Assembly (NCBI GenBank): GCA_973895155.1
Contig: OZ316895.1
Coordinates: 4,529,181-4,593,180, forward strand
Length of the DNA stretch: 64,000 nucleotides
Direction: 5' to 3'
Source: Marsupella aquatica
Lineage: Eukaryota; Plantae; Marchantiophyta
Shown: positions 24,872 to 37,376 of the stretch, in pieces
Layout: every line of letters begins with the position of its first letter
Numbering within the stretch: position 1 is the first letter of the stretch
Notes under the pieces: generated by a model
What the model was told of the DNA's origin: nothing
What the model saw: the letters and a program-made list of their open reading frames with translations, nothing else
The model's database searches: none
Program-made: the position numbers and the translations under genes

Positions 24872-26214
24872 CGCTGTCGAGGGTGGTAATCTCCACGCAA
24901 TCTCAATCCTTTGGAATTTACCTTTCTGCCTAATTTTTCAGTCAAGCTGTCCAATTCTCTCTCGCTCGCTCGCTTACGTTAGCTTCTGGAAAGTTTTAGT
25001 CCGGCGATCAAGGGTGTCGAATCAGATGTGGTACTCCGGAAAAATCCGATCATCTCGGATAAAAACCTAATTGCGATGGTACGAGCTAGTCGGTCTCCTA
25101 CAAGAATAAATCATTGATAGCTCCCAGTATAACCCCCCGTCATACTGCACTGCCATGATGATCCCCTGTAGAGAACATTAGGCCAAAGCCATGCAGGTGC
25201 ATCAGTCCATGACGAAAAATCCCACAAATCAAGGGAATTTCGAAGCAAGCTATCCAGATGGAACTCACAAACAGCAACAAAACTTACACCCTTGCTATGA
25301 GGTGCACCGGAAGGGTGACCCGTCGCCCCAGCCACTGAAGACAACACCATGGGAAGCCAAATCGAGCGCAATTCGAAAGAAAGCTATCGAGAAGGAACTC
25401 ACAAACAGCTACAACACAACAGGACAGAACTCACAAACAGCAACCCAAGTTACACCGATGCTCTGAGGGGCATCGCAAGAGTCCATCACCCCAGCCATTG
25501 CAGACAAGTCCATACTGTTTCGTTAGAAAGAAGCTCGAAGTTTGTAAACCAATGTTTACAGATTGCAGACGTTGCCTGAGTAAAAATGAAAAAGAACAAG
25601 GATATCAAAGCTACCACACTACTACAGTAGGGAGTCTCAAAGCTCGAATTGGATGGGCCTTAACTTAGTGAACTAAGGTACAGTAGTGAAGGTTGCGGAC
25701 AGAAAAAACTTAGATCATTCGGGTAGTTAAGGTTGCCTACAGAAAAGTTAGTGACTACCAAAGTAGCAGTCCATAACTTTTTGCCAGAAAGATTGGTAGT
25801 AAGTCAATGTAGAGTCTAGTGGAAAAAAACTTTAAATTACTATTACGCAACCCTGGGACAATTTTTGGACCATTTGTTTATGGCCAAAAGCCATCATCAG
25901 CAATTTTGAAACTTTGAGAGACCCTACTACTACTACTACACTAGAATTTTTGGTAAAGGGTAAAGAGTATGTCCAAAGTTAATCAGTGAATTTCTCCTAA
26001 ACCCAAAATTCAGCCCTTTGAGTCCTGAAAATAGCAAAGAGCCATGAGTATCAATGAACACAGTAAACCCTTTCCAAGTACAGCCACATGCAAGAACAAG
26101 GTTACTTGCCAAGCAAAAGAGCCAACCAATCTAAACTTAACACTTGTAAGAAACAAACAATAGCTAAAGAACAAAGCCAAAAGTGATTGTAGATTCCTAT
26201 CGCATTCCAAGTGG

Positions 26215-28850
26215 AAATTGTACCTCACCGACCTGACCTTCTTGTCGCAGCTCAGCAGAGGAGCTATGGCAAAGTCCACCTCCAGCTTGCAATGGGCTCC
26301 CCGGTGGACTCCTCACTCCAGTTCCCATTTAAACTGACCTTCTTCTCAGCACAGGACGCAACTAGCATCCTCCTCCTCCTCCATAGCAGCTCAAACAGGT
26401 TGTAATGGGGCTCACGTGCTCAAAGTCTGCAACTGAGAGAGTTTGCAAAAAGACAATGAGCCTCTCACAAAAGACTCAAAATTGCTTAAGCTCAGAGAAC
26501 TAAGGTTGAGAATGTTAATGTTGTTGCTATGCCAACATTGAGAATTTACTTGCAAACAAAGCAAACAAAGCAAAAAGAACAAGTCTGCACACGGAAAGTT
26601 GTGCACAAGGTCAATAGTATCTGTAGAATCATAGCTTTATACGGAAGCTTTGCGCCAAGAGAATCAGAAGTCTTGTCAATTAGTCCTCTAGTATATTTGA
26701 TTTCTCTAGATCAAGCCACATAGTGAGTGGATTCCCTCTTTCCAAGCTTCAAAGCAAAATGGTTCAAACATTGTTCACGTGACTTACAAAAACAAAAAGA
26801 CATACAATGCATAAGGGTCTCACTATATGGAGCTCTCCCATCAGCTCCAATGCTTTTAAGCCTTACACCCCCTAAATATACCCAAAGAATTTATTTTTTA
26901 CTCATAATTATAAAGTTGGAATATTTTAAAATTTTAATTTAAATGACCCTAATGTTCTTACAAGACCCAAAATTGGATTTAAAAGACTTCAATGTTCTTC
27001 CACATAAAAATGTTAAGTTTTTCCTCTGAACCAATAAAATGATTTTATTCTTTGTCGCACGTGATATGTCAATTTTGTGGAAGTGAAACCCCCAAGGTAA
27101 TGAGCTTCTTGGTGGGCTCCTCGCTACATTCCCTACCCACAAGTACCTGACCTTCTTCTCAGCAGAGGTTGCAGCTAGCACTCGAGGAATCGATACCAAA
27201 AAGTATAGGAAGCATAGGAGATAAAATAAATTTAAATCTATAGAATATTCTACATATATCTTTAATTATAAAGTAAAATAGTTAATTAATATTGAAAGTA
27301 AATAATATTGATTAGAATATATTATTAAATATGAGTGTTTCTTAGGCTAGGATCTGGTGTAGTACCCCAAAATATACACATAAGAACATGGAAAGTGTAT
27401 TCCACCGACCTGACCTTTTTGTGGGAGCTTTGAAGAGGAGTTGTTGCAAAGTTCACCTCTAGCTTGCAATGGGCTACTCAATGGCCTTGGCTCCTCTCTC
27501 CATGTCCTACACAAACCTGACCTTCTCAGCACAAGTACGTTGCAGCTAGCATCTTTCCTCCTCCCTTGGTTGTAGCTCAATAGGAGAAAGACATATAACG
27601 CATAAGGATAGGGAAAGTGTAGTTCACCGACCTGACCTGGCTTCTTGTTGTAGCTCTACACAGGGTTGTTGCAAAACTCCACCTCTAGCTTGCAGTGGGC
27701 TTGGGGGGTCTCACCATATAGAGGCCCTTCATCACCTACAATGTTTTTAAGCCTCAGACTTACTAAAATGTATCCAACTAATGTATTTTCTTACCCATAA
27801 CTATAAGGAGAACCATATATCACTTGCAATGGTTTAGAGATTGACCCCCTAGCTTATAAGTGAATCTATGTTTTTGCAACACCTTTTTTCTTCAAATTTT
27901 GGCATTTTTCACTCAATAACCCCTAAAAACTTTAAGGGAGTTTGTATTTATGATTAAATAGACCTATTTGTTCTTAAAAGTCACCAATCAATAAAAACAT
28001 GTCCTATTTTGTTCTTCCACAACTTTGCAAGTCTTTCGCCACACCCATTTAAATGAACCTATACTTTGTCGCACGTGATGTGCCACTTAATTTTGTGGAA
28101 GGGACCCTCCCAAGAAAATAGCCCTCATGTTCTTACAAGACTCAAATTAGATAAAAATACTTTAATGTTCTTCCACAGAAAAAATTAAGTCTTTCCTGGG
28201 AACTAATAAAATGACCTTCCCTAAGATGGGATGCCATCCTAGCTCTTTATTATTGGTGAGATTCAATTTCACAAAAGAAGCCTTGGCCTCAAACATCAAA
28301 GACTATCCAGGAGCTAAAATGAAATGATGATTAAGTTTTACTAGGAGTGGCCCAACATATTGATCAATGCTCATCTTTCCCTGGATTCATGATGGCCAAA
28401 ACTCCAATTTGGAATTAAATTGGAAAATTTTGGAAGGATGCATGCAAGCAAGTCTTAGAAAACATTTGGTGAATTCTTGGCCACCATCCACGTGATGTAT
28501 CAATTTTGTGGAAGTGAAGCCCCCAAGGCAGTGGGTTTCTTGGTGGGCTCCTTGCTCCATTTCCTACTAACACCTAACCTTCTTCTCAGCGGAGGTTGCA
28601 GCTAGCAGTCAGGGAATCGATACCAAAAAGTATAGGAACCACATGCGATCAAAGTAGGCATTTTTGATGAAAATTAGCTAAAGTTCTACAAGGCATAGGA
28701 TATAAAATAAACTTAGATAGAATATTCTATATATACCTTTTATAAAGTAGAATAGTTAATTAATATTGAAAGTAAATAATATTCTTAAAATATGTTATAA
28801 AATATGAGTATTTGTTAAGCTAGGATATATAGTACCCCAAAATATACTCC
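26215..28850. repeat. Complex nested repeat block, probably decayed non-autonomous TE DNA
   Basis: ~330-bp copies at ~27058-27375 and ~28490-28846. Motif CACCGACCTGACCT...CACCTC(C/T)AGCTTGCA.TGGGCT at ~26227, ~27403 and ~27625. AT-rich units CCCT.ATGTTCTTACAAGAC at ~26947 and ~28122. Confidence 0.75.
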
Positions 28851-29879
28851 AGAGGTTTTTGGTGCTCTCCACCCTACATTTGACCAATTGTTTTGGGCTT
28901 GTATATTTTTTTGCACCGAGCGGAGGCCTTCCTCCCTTGTATCTGTCCTCACCGCCTTCATTTGACAGAGGGTGTTTGTTGCACTCCAGCAGGCTCAGAC
29001 ATTCACTCTCCTTCGTAGGGCCAAGGCAGTTGGTTTTAGGGCCTCTAGGCAGATTTCACTTTGTAACTCTCCTACGCTAGTAACTCCAGTCCAAAACTGT
29101 ATCAGGCTTATGAGTTCTTTGCTCAATAAGTGTTACTCTTCTTGGTTTGTTTGTAGGTTCTTTGGTTTTGTCTTTTATTGCTCCGTTGTTGTTGTGGGGG
29201 AATCCTTGGCTTGTCGGACTGGTTGGTCTTTTGGGACCTTCAACCCCCCCCCCCCCCCTCTCTTTTAGTGGGCTCCATTGCCTCTAGGACCCTGTCTCCC
29301 GGTTTGGCAGTTTTGCCCTTGGGCGCTATGATGTATATCTTCCTATACTCTTGACAGAGTCTTGCCCTCACTTTTGTGGGAGATGTTTAGTTGATTTTCT
29401 TTGGGTGTGTGACTCTGTGTTACCTTGCAACTGTAGTTAGTGTTATTTCCTTTGCCCTCATCACTGAAAGTGTGCGGTACCTGAGTGGCTTTGGTCTCTG
29501 TCCCTGTTTTTCCACAAAAGGCAAATGCCCAAAACTGTATTACATAACCACGGCACATCAATCCAAGCAAACAAAATGCACCTGCGTAACTAGAATGAGA
29601 CAGGAAAAGACAAAAGAGAAATAAGGGGGGTGGAAGGAGGAGCACACCCATATAGAAGAGAAAGAAAACTCCAGCCAGACTGCCATATAGAAGGAGGCAG
29701 ATCAAAGAGGGCCATGAGGGATCTAAAGGAGCAGAAAAGCCACCAACATAACCTAATTGGGAGATAAGAGAAAAACTCATGAGGACCACTGACCAAAGAC
29801 TCCAAACAAAGCTCACTTATTTCTTCCAACCCATCACAAATAAGTATAACCTTTTTTTATTGAGTTTAGTAAAAGACTC

Positions 29880-30095
29880 ATAATTGGTTTTGTAAGAACA
29901 TTAGGGGTGTTTTAATCCAATTTTGAAAATCATAATAATTATAATTTTTTAAACCAAATATAGTAATATTCCAAGAATATTCTAAAAAGTTAGGGGAAAA
30001 AATCCCTTAGGAATTTTTCATTTCTCAAGTTTTAGGGTGTTTATCCCCCAAAACTTTTCATGATATGGGACCCCTTTCGGAGTGAGGCACCGTGA
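29880..30095 (-). repeat. Dispersed repeat homologous (inverted) to ~49190-49400
   Basis: Reverse complement shares CTCACTCC..AGGG.(G)GTCCCATATCA...AGAATATTCT.GGAATATT...CAAAATTG.ATTAAAACACCC with 49194-49385. Confidence 0.6.
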
Positions 30096-30434
30096 AACAG
30101 AGCTGGAGAGCCAGCACTGTGACTAGCGGGTTACAGCTGATCACCATCCACCACAAGCCACCAATATCCACAACCGCCACCTACATCGAGAGGAGCTCAA
30201 TCCAACTCATCACCATATCATAGCCAGACTCCAGCCAACTGAGTGGTTGGACCAAACTGTAATGTACAACCAATTGTGAATGAGGCCTATCGTCAGAATA
30301 GTCATCCCAAAAGGAAGATAATTTTTACCGTATACATTATATAGACTGGAATACTGAGACCGAGGGTGGTAAACCATGTAACCTACAGAGAGAATATGAT
30401 ATGGGAGAGAGTGAGGGAGTCTGATCCATTGAAG

Positions 30435-30792
30435 CAGCCAGCAGACAGGAATCATTCAATTGAAGAGTCCACTTATACTATGGAGACTCCAGCAACCTTC
30501 CATATAAACCATGAAGAACAATGTCCATATATGCAGATTCATCCCTAAACTATATTTCAGAGAACTAGAAGAGTGAATGGGGGCAACCCTAGAACCCCTT
30601 TCAATTGTCCCTTTTTGGGCGTGGTCTTCTGTTACTCCCAAATTTTTATTGGATGTTACTTTTGTCATAAAAATAAAGTGCTCTTTCCTGAAACTGAAGC
30701 CAGAATAGACCACCATAATGGACACAGGGCTCCCATGGATTGTGGTCCGTGGGAGTTTGGGGCCCATAACTTGATGATATGTGAGTCCTAAA
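30435..30792. repeat. Copy 1 of a ~355-bp direct duplication flanking the retroelement block
   Basis: Nearly identical to 34672-35029 (CAGCCAGCAGACAGG...ATATGTGAGT.CTAAA). Confidence 0.92.
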
Positions 30793-31145
30793 CGTTGAGC
30801 ATAGACGACATTCGTAACAGCAAGCCCACGAAGCTAGGAGTCCAATACTGAAAGCCGAAATCAAAATCAAAATTCGAAGGAAAAGTTATTCAAATTTTGG
30901 TCGGGGTGGGTAAAACCTTGAGAAACTCCCCCGTTTTGACCACCTCGGAGAATGACCGGCCATACCAAGCATCCACAGCACAAGCTCTCCCTATCTCTCA
31001 ACTAGCTCCGTAACAATGAGTCTAAGTTCCACCAGGGTCTGGCATCATGCACACCAGCACTACCACTAACATTAGCTAAGTCCTAACCCGAGTTAGACTA
31101 ACTGTGGTTAGCTCATGAGTCACAAGACTAGAGCAATATCTAACA
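30793..31145 (-). mobile_element. Ty1/copia 3' LTR (~350 bp)
   Basis: On the minus strand the PPT AAGGGGCAGTT precedes TGTTAG at 31145. The LTR ends ...ATGCTCAACG (CA>CG) at 30793. Confidence 0.75.
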
Positions 31146-31367
31146 AACTGCCCCTTGACTCTTGTCTTGGGGACTGGACTAAATGCTACCATATGGAATC
31201 ATCAGCGGGAAGTTCTAGACAATCACCAAACGAGGTCTCCCCCTAAAAACCACAAGGGTTAACTAAGGGTTAACTAGAACTAAGCCGTAGCCAAACAGGA
31301 ATGAGTAATCCATATACAAATAGTCACACATTGCTAAATAACTCTACTTGCATTACAACTGCAAAAC

Positions 31368-32948
31368 CTACAAAGTAGCACGGTGTCTTGAGAAACTCTC
31401 TAAAGGAATCACTTTGGTAAAGGCATCAGCGGGATTGAGCTTTCCATCAATCTTGACTAGCTCAAAAGTTTTATCAGACACTGCTTGCCTGATAAAATGG
31501 TACCTGTTATCAATGTGCTTCACCCTGCTATCCATCACCTGGTTAGCAGCCAAGTGAAGAGCACTCTGACTATCACAGTTTAGAGTCATTTTGCCATGCT
31601 CTAAACCCATCTCCGCGATCAACTTGTCCAACCAAATTGCTTCCTTTGCTGCTTCTACTACTGCAACATACTCTGCTTCTGTAGTAGACTGAGATATGCA
31701 CTTCTGCAAGGTAGATTTCCAACTGATACATTCTTTTCCAAGAGTATATACAAACCCAGTTGTAGACCTCCTTGTATCCAGACAGCCTCCATAGTCAGAA
31801 TCTACATAGCCAACTAACGTTCTATTTGATCTGTTATCAAATAATAATCCATAGTCCTGTGTTCCCTTCAGATACCTGAGAATCCACTTCACAGCTTCCC
31901 AATGTACCTTCCCTGGATTTGACATGAATTTGCTAACCTTGCCCATCGCTAGGGCCAAGTCAGGCCTAGTATAAGTCATCAAATACATCAGACTGCCTAC
32001 TGCCTTCTCATAAGGAATCTTAGCCATCAGACCTTTCTCCATAGCATCCGTAGGAGAGAAAGCCGATGATAACTTGAAATGTGAAGCTAAAGGAATACTC
32101 ATTGGCTTACAGTTCTCCATGTTGAATCGTGCAAGTACTTTCCTCGCATATTGGCCTTGACTCAAGCACAACTGTCCAGTATCAGAGTTCCTACAAATCT
32201 CCATCTCTAAGATCCTCTTGGCTTTACCAAGATCCTTCATACTGAATTCAGCATTTAATTTCGCCTTAAGACTGTCAACCTCAGATTGATCTTTAGCCAC
32301 AATCAGCATGTCATCCACATAGATCACCAGAATGATGAAACCAAACACATCATTCTTGACTGATTTTGTATACACACAAAGATCATACACCATCCTTGTA
32401 AAACCTTGAGCAAACATGAAATCATCAAACCGCTTGTTCCACTGTTTGGGAGATTGCTTCAATCCATACAAGGACTTGAGCAATCTGCAAACTAAGTTCT
32501 CTTGGCCCTTCTTCATAAAGCCTAGTGGCTGTCTCATGAAGATCAACTCTTCCAAGTTGTCATAGAGAAAAGCAGTAACAACATCCATTTGATCCATCAC
32601 CAGACCAAAAAACACAACAAGTTGACACAAGATCCGAATTGTGGAATACTTAGCCACCGGTGAAAAGACCTCATTGTAATCCACTCCTTTGTCCTGAGTG
32701 AACCCCTTGGAAACAAACCTTGCCTTGTAGATCTTATCTCCACCCTCCGAAGGACTATCCTTCAACTTGTAAATCCATTTGTTGTCCACCACTTGCTGAC
32801 CTCTTGGAAGCTCCACCAGCTCCCATATCTTGTTGTCACTCAAAGATTGCAACTCCCTCTGCATTGTTGCATTCCACTCATGCTTATGCTCTGAAGCACA
32901 AGCCTCGTTATACGAAGAAGGCTCTCCTTCTTCCAAGATCAAAGCCAT
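31368..32948 (-). mobile_element. Ty1/copia reverse transcriptase + RNase H (open 526-aa ORF)
   Basis: EPSSYNEA, YKARFVSKG, QMDVVTAFL, LLKSLYGLKQSPKQW, YVDDMLI, TRPDL, GYVDSDYGG, STTEAEY, CDSQSA, KHID. Confidence 0.97.
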
Positions 32949-33160
32949 GTCATCATCATCAAGTGCAATATCAATATCATCTAGCTTAGATGAGTCTGCC
33001 CATTGACCATACCTGATAGGAGCTCTAGTAGAACGACTGGAAGTTCTTCTAGTAGATAACTCAGGCTAATCTGCTGCTGCTGCTGGTTGAATTTGAGGTA
33101 CCCCAACAACAATCTGCTCCTCTTGTTCCATCACAGGAACCAACTTGAAGCCCGGAGTTC

Positions 33161-33959
33161 TATACTATGTCACGTTATACTATGTCACGGTTATACTATG
33201 TCACATTCATTGACGATTACTCAAGGTATGTGTGGATATATTTTCTACACAATAAGTCTGATGTTTTTGTCACTTTTAAAGAGTGGAAAGCCCAAGTAGA
33301 GAATAAGACTGGTAATAAGGTGAGATATCTTCGATCGGATAACGGTGGTGAATACAGTTCTGGTGAATTTGGAATGTATTGTAAGGAGCAGAGGATTACC
33401 CGCCATCTCACAACAAGTTATACTCCTAAGCAAAATGGTGTTTCTGAGAGACTCAACCAAACACTATTGGACCGCTCGAGGAGTATGTTGAGTCAATCAT
33501 GTTTACCACATGAGTTTTGGGCTGAAGCTGTCAACACTACAACTTATTTGGTAAATTTTTCTCCATCCAGTTCTATTGGATTCAAGATGCCATTTGAAAT
33601 GAGGTACGGGCGTCCAGCAGATTACTCACATCTGAGGATTTTTGGATGTGATGCTTATGTGCTTACACCTTCCCAGCTTCGATCGAAGCTGGAGTCCAAG
33701 TTGAAGAAGTGCATTTTTCTTGGCTATCAGAAAGGTGTGAAGGGTTATAGGTTATGGGATCCAGTAACCTGTAAGTTAATTGTTAGTAGAGATGTGTCCT
33801 TTAATGAATCCAGATCATCAAAGGAGGGGGAGAGTTCTTAGGACTCCCATACTGACAAGGGGAAATCTCTCATCCCGGACAGGGATGAGGGGGAGATTAG
33901 TCATGATGCTGTTCATGACAAGAGAGATGGAGAAGCTCCGGGCTTCATGTTGGTTCCTA
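33161..33959 (+). mobile_element. Ty1/copia integrase fragment, in the opposite orientation to the RT
   Basis: YYVTFIDDYSR, LRSDNGGEY, TPKQNGVSER, FWAEAVNT, FLGY.KGVKGYRLWDP, SRDVSFNE. Confidence 0.95.
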
Positions 33960-34673
33960 TGAAACGCACACGGTTCTGGGACATTTCGCGAGCGTCCCTT
34001 GACAATAAAACGTTGCGAGCACTCAAAATTCCAACAGATCTGTCCACAAAACAGGAGTGCGATACAAGCAGCAACCTTCGACCTTATCTTTCCAGATCTA
34101 GACTCCGACTCAATCCAGATCCAGATCTAGACCAGATCCAGATCCAACAACGTTCAAGCTTGGCCAGAACCAGATCGAATAGCAACAGAGTACTCAAACA
34201 ATAGAACCAACGATTCAAGAAACATGAATCCGCATCAAACACAAATCCAATTGATTCGAGCTACCACAAACCGTCACCGTCAACGACAAACTCAGACTGA
34301 GCTTCTGTCCGCACAACAGAGTTTGAAGCTCATAATCTTTCAATGTAATCACCATACAATCGGCACAACGATCCCGATCAACAATACCCCATCGATCCCG
34401 CATCGATCCGATCACACACATATGTCAAGCCAACGCACCTTGCACTACTCAAGGAATCCACGTTACACAAGCAGAGCTCACAGCCACCATAGTCACTCAA
34501 GCTCCTCTCTCTCCAAGGCTCAACATTGAAAGATGACCTTTCAATGTCTCACAAGTGAGAAGTACCCTCTCACACAAACCTGATGGAACCTTATCGGCTC
34601 ATATAGCACACATACCAAACATACGGATCTAGATAGTACGATACACTCTAACACTACCTAGAATGGTGTGACA
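33960..34673 (-). mobile_element. Unrelated, probably Ty3/gypsy-type, solo LTR (~714 bp) without matching TSDs
   Basis: Minus strand begins TGTCACACC at 34673 and ends ...GTGTGCGTTTCA at 33960. Internal (CCAGAT)n repeats. Flanks TCCTA and GCCAG differ. Confidence 0.55.
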
Positions 34674-35029
34674 GCCAGCAGACAGGAATCATTCAATTGA
34701 AGAGTCCACTTATACTATGGAGACTCCAGCAACCTTCCATATAAACCATGAAGAACAATGTCCATATATACAGATTCATCCCTAAACTGTATTTCAGAGA
34801 ACTAGAAGAGTGAATGGGGGCAACCCTAGAACCCCTTTCAATTGTCCCTTTTTGGGCGTGGTCTTCTGTTACTCCCAAATTTTTATTGGATGTTACTTTT
34901 GTCATAAAAATAAAGTGCTCTTTCCTGAAACTGAAGCCAGAATTGACCACCATAATGGACACAGGGCTCCCATGGATTGAGGTCCATGGGAGTTTGGGGC
35001 CCATAACTTGATGATATGTGAGTTCTAAA
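34672..35029. repeat. Copy 2 of the ~355-bp direct duplication
   Basis: Matches 30435-30792 with only a handful of substitutions. Confidence 0.92.
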
Positions 35030-35288
35030 ATGATTTTTAGTTTTGCTTCTACAAGGCAACTAGAGAAGGAGGACAGGACAAAAATCCAAAAGCCCAAACA
35101 TTTCATACTCACCCAATGAAAATGAATAGAATGGAATTTACCCCTTCGCATTTTATGATGAAAAACTTAGTCAAAATGGCCAAAGTTTTTACATCGCTTA
35201 GATAGAAGTGCAGCTTACCTACTCCTCTAGCACATTCCCAAAACTACGAAAATATTTGAATTCATAATATCACCTTATTACAATTAGA

Positions 35289-35405
35289 CTCAAATTTTGA
35301 GAAATGTGGTACATGAGAGTCTCAAAGAATTAGACTGAAATTTTGTAAATGTGGTACATGAGAGTCTCAAAGAATTAGACTGAAATTTTGTAAATGTGGT
35401 CCATG
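35289..35405. repeat. ~48-bp tandem repeat (2+ copies)
   Basis: AAATGTGGTACATGAGAGTCTCAAAGAATTAGACTGAAATTTTGT is repeated. Confidence 0.85.
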
Positions 35406-37218
35406 GGGGCTGCCAATTCGCTCCTTTCAAGAAGGAAAAAAATAACAAAACAATCTTAGAAGAATAAAACCCAGTACAGTACACTACAGGTAGTTGACAA
35501 CATAATTGCTCAAAAAGCAAACTACAGTAGTACAGCTCTCGTCTGACTACGAGACCACGAGGCTAATACCGTATACATGATCATTGGAGCATGCTGTACG
35601 TCTACCATGGCAGTTAACCGTAGCTTCTAACCTTACTATACCATAGTGTCCAAAAAGTCCAGATCACGTGCGCTCCAGTCTCAAACCGGCGATACCCGCT
35701 TCGGAGTAGCAGACAGGATAATCGTGTTTGCAACAGACCTTAATGTCCATCAATTAAGTTTAGTTACTAATATAATAACTATCCTCAGCGCAACGTTATC
35801 CGCGCTTTGGTCACTGTAGCTAGTTAACGCGCTCACCGGACTTCACAATAAACAGATGATAAATTTACTCCCATCGGGAGGTATTATTATTGGGTTACTT
35901 ATGTGCGGTAATCAGAGTGCTATATTCTTTACTGCACTGTACATTTGTTAGCTTAGGACTTGTTGACACTGTGCGAATTTTTATGGGTTTCTAAATAGTG
36001 TAGTATCTAAAAGAAATTCGAGCCAATCATTTGGATTAAAGTTCATGTTACTTGGGGGTAGCATCATTTTTCAGCATATTGTACATTGAAACCTACTTAT
36101 TTCTTTCCTAAATCTGTGCGCACGGCTCAATTGAACAAACTTATGCATACGCGAACAAAAACTTTTGCAGAATGCCATGCAGATAGGGACCTGATTTGCA
36201 TTGTTCCACTATGCCGCCCAGCATTAGGGTACAGTACCTGACTACTAAGTGAATAATTATGCACAAGAAAGGTTCACTAAACCCAGATTCCCCATGCCTC
36301 TTGATTAAGTGTTTTTTGAACATAAATAGAAGTGAAGGCAAATAGAGATTTTGCAAAAAAAAAAGATTCCTTAGTATTTCTCATTCATCTTTGCCCCCAT
36401 AGGTGCACCTCATTTTCAGTTATGCCCTTAGAGTCAGAGTCTAGCCCTATCCCCATTTTTTTGGTCTGCACTCTCATTTTCAACTGTCCTTTGAGTCACT
36501 ATCTAGAGGTTTCACTCTAGACACTAGAAGCACTAGCTTTTGACTAGAAACTTACCCTGGTTATCCATTCCCTGAAAGTAGGTAGAAAAGGGAGGGGGGG
36601 GGGGGGGGGGGGGGGCGGGGGTGGAATCATGCACCGAAAAGGATTCTAATTTATTTTCTGTTCATCATCTTTCCCATCCCTATTTTTTGTCTGCACCCTC
36701 ACCACTTGCAGTAATGCCCTGAGTTAGAGGCATGGTCCACAGACAATAAACCTAGAGAGTAAGTTTTGGGTCTAGAGACTTCACTATGGACAATAGGCCT
36801 ACAGAGCAACGTTTAACTGCACGTCATTAGTTAGATTGATAGCAAAGATCCACGTGACTAAAGAACAAAAGCCTCCTGGGATGCTCATCCTCACCTAACT
36901 TTTTGTTCCAGCTCATTAGACAAGTTACAGCAATCAAGAGGAGTATTACATGTGTAAGCACGGTGCTCATTACAAACTCTAGTGTACAATACACGTGACC
37001 AATGAAAGCCACAAAGATGCTCGAAAGGTTGTAAGTACTCCTTCTGAAGCTCTTTTGCATTTACTCCATTGGGGATCTTTATGGAAGGCTGGAAGCAGGT
37101 CTTATGGCTCTGGCTTTTTAGACAACCATCCTGACTGGGGGTTCCTTAACTACACATCAAAGTATGACATATATATTTGATATCCTTCTATAACACCATA
37201 AACCTCTTTATTTTCTTT

Positions 37219-37376
37219 GAGGGATTTGTTTGATGAAACCACAAAATGAATTGTGTTAATTGATAGGACCCCTGAAATTTTGGGTACTTGACTCAAGGTC
37301 AATCAACAGTCTAGATCACTCAGGGGTCCTATCAAGTAACAAGTTTCATTATGGGATCTCATTAAGCAAATCACTC
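37219..37376. mobile_element. Mutator-like MITE (158 bp) with long TIRs and a 10-bp TSD
   Basis: TIRs GAG(G/T)GATTTG...TTGATAGGACCCCTGA and TCAGGGGTCCTATCAA...CAAATCACTC. TSD TATTTTCTTT at 37209-37218 and 37377-37386. Confidence 0.85.

Noticed and set aside
29343-29816. Hydrophobic 157-aa ORF
   Set aside because: Produced by compositional bias within repeat DNA, with no motif or splice support.
30435-35029. The 355-bp direct repeats as the LTRs of the copia element
   Set aside because: They lack TG...CA ends, and the PPT points to a different LTR starting at 31145.
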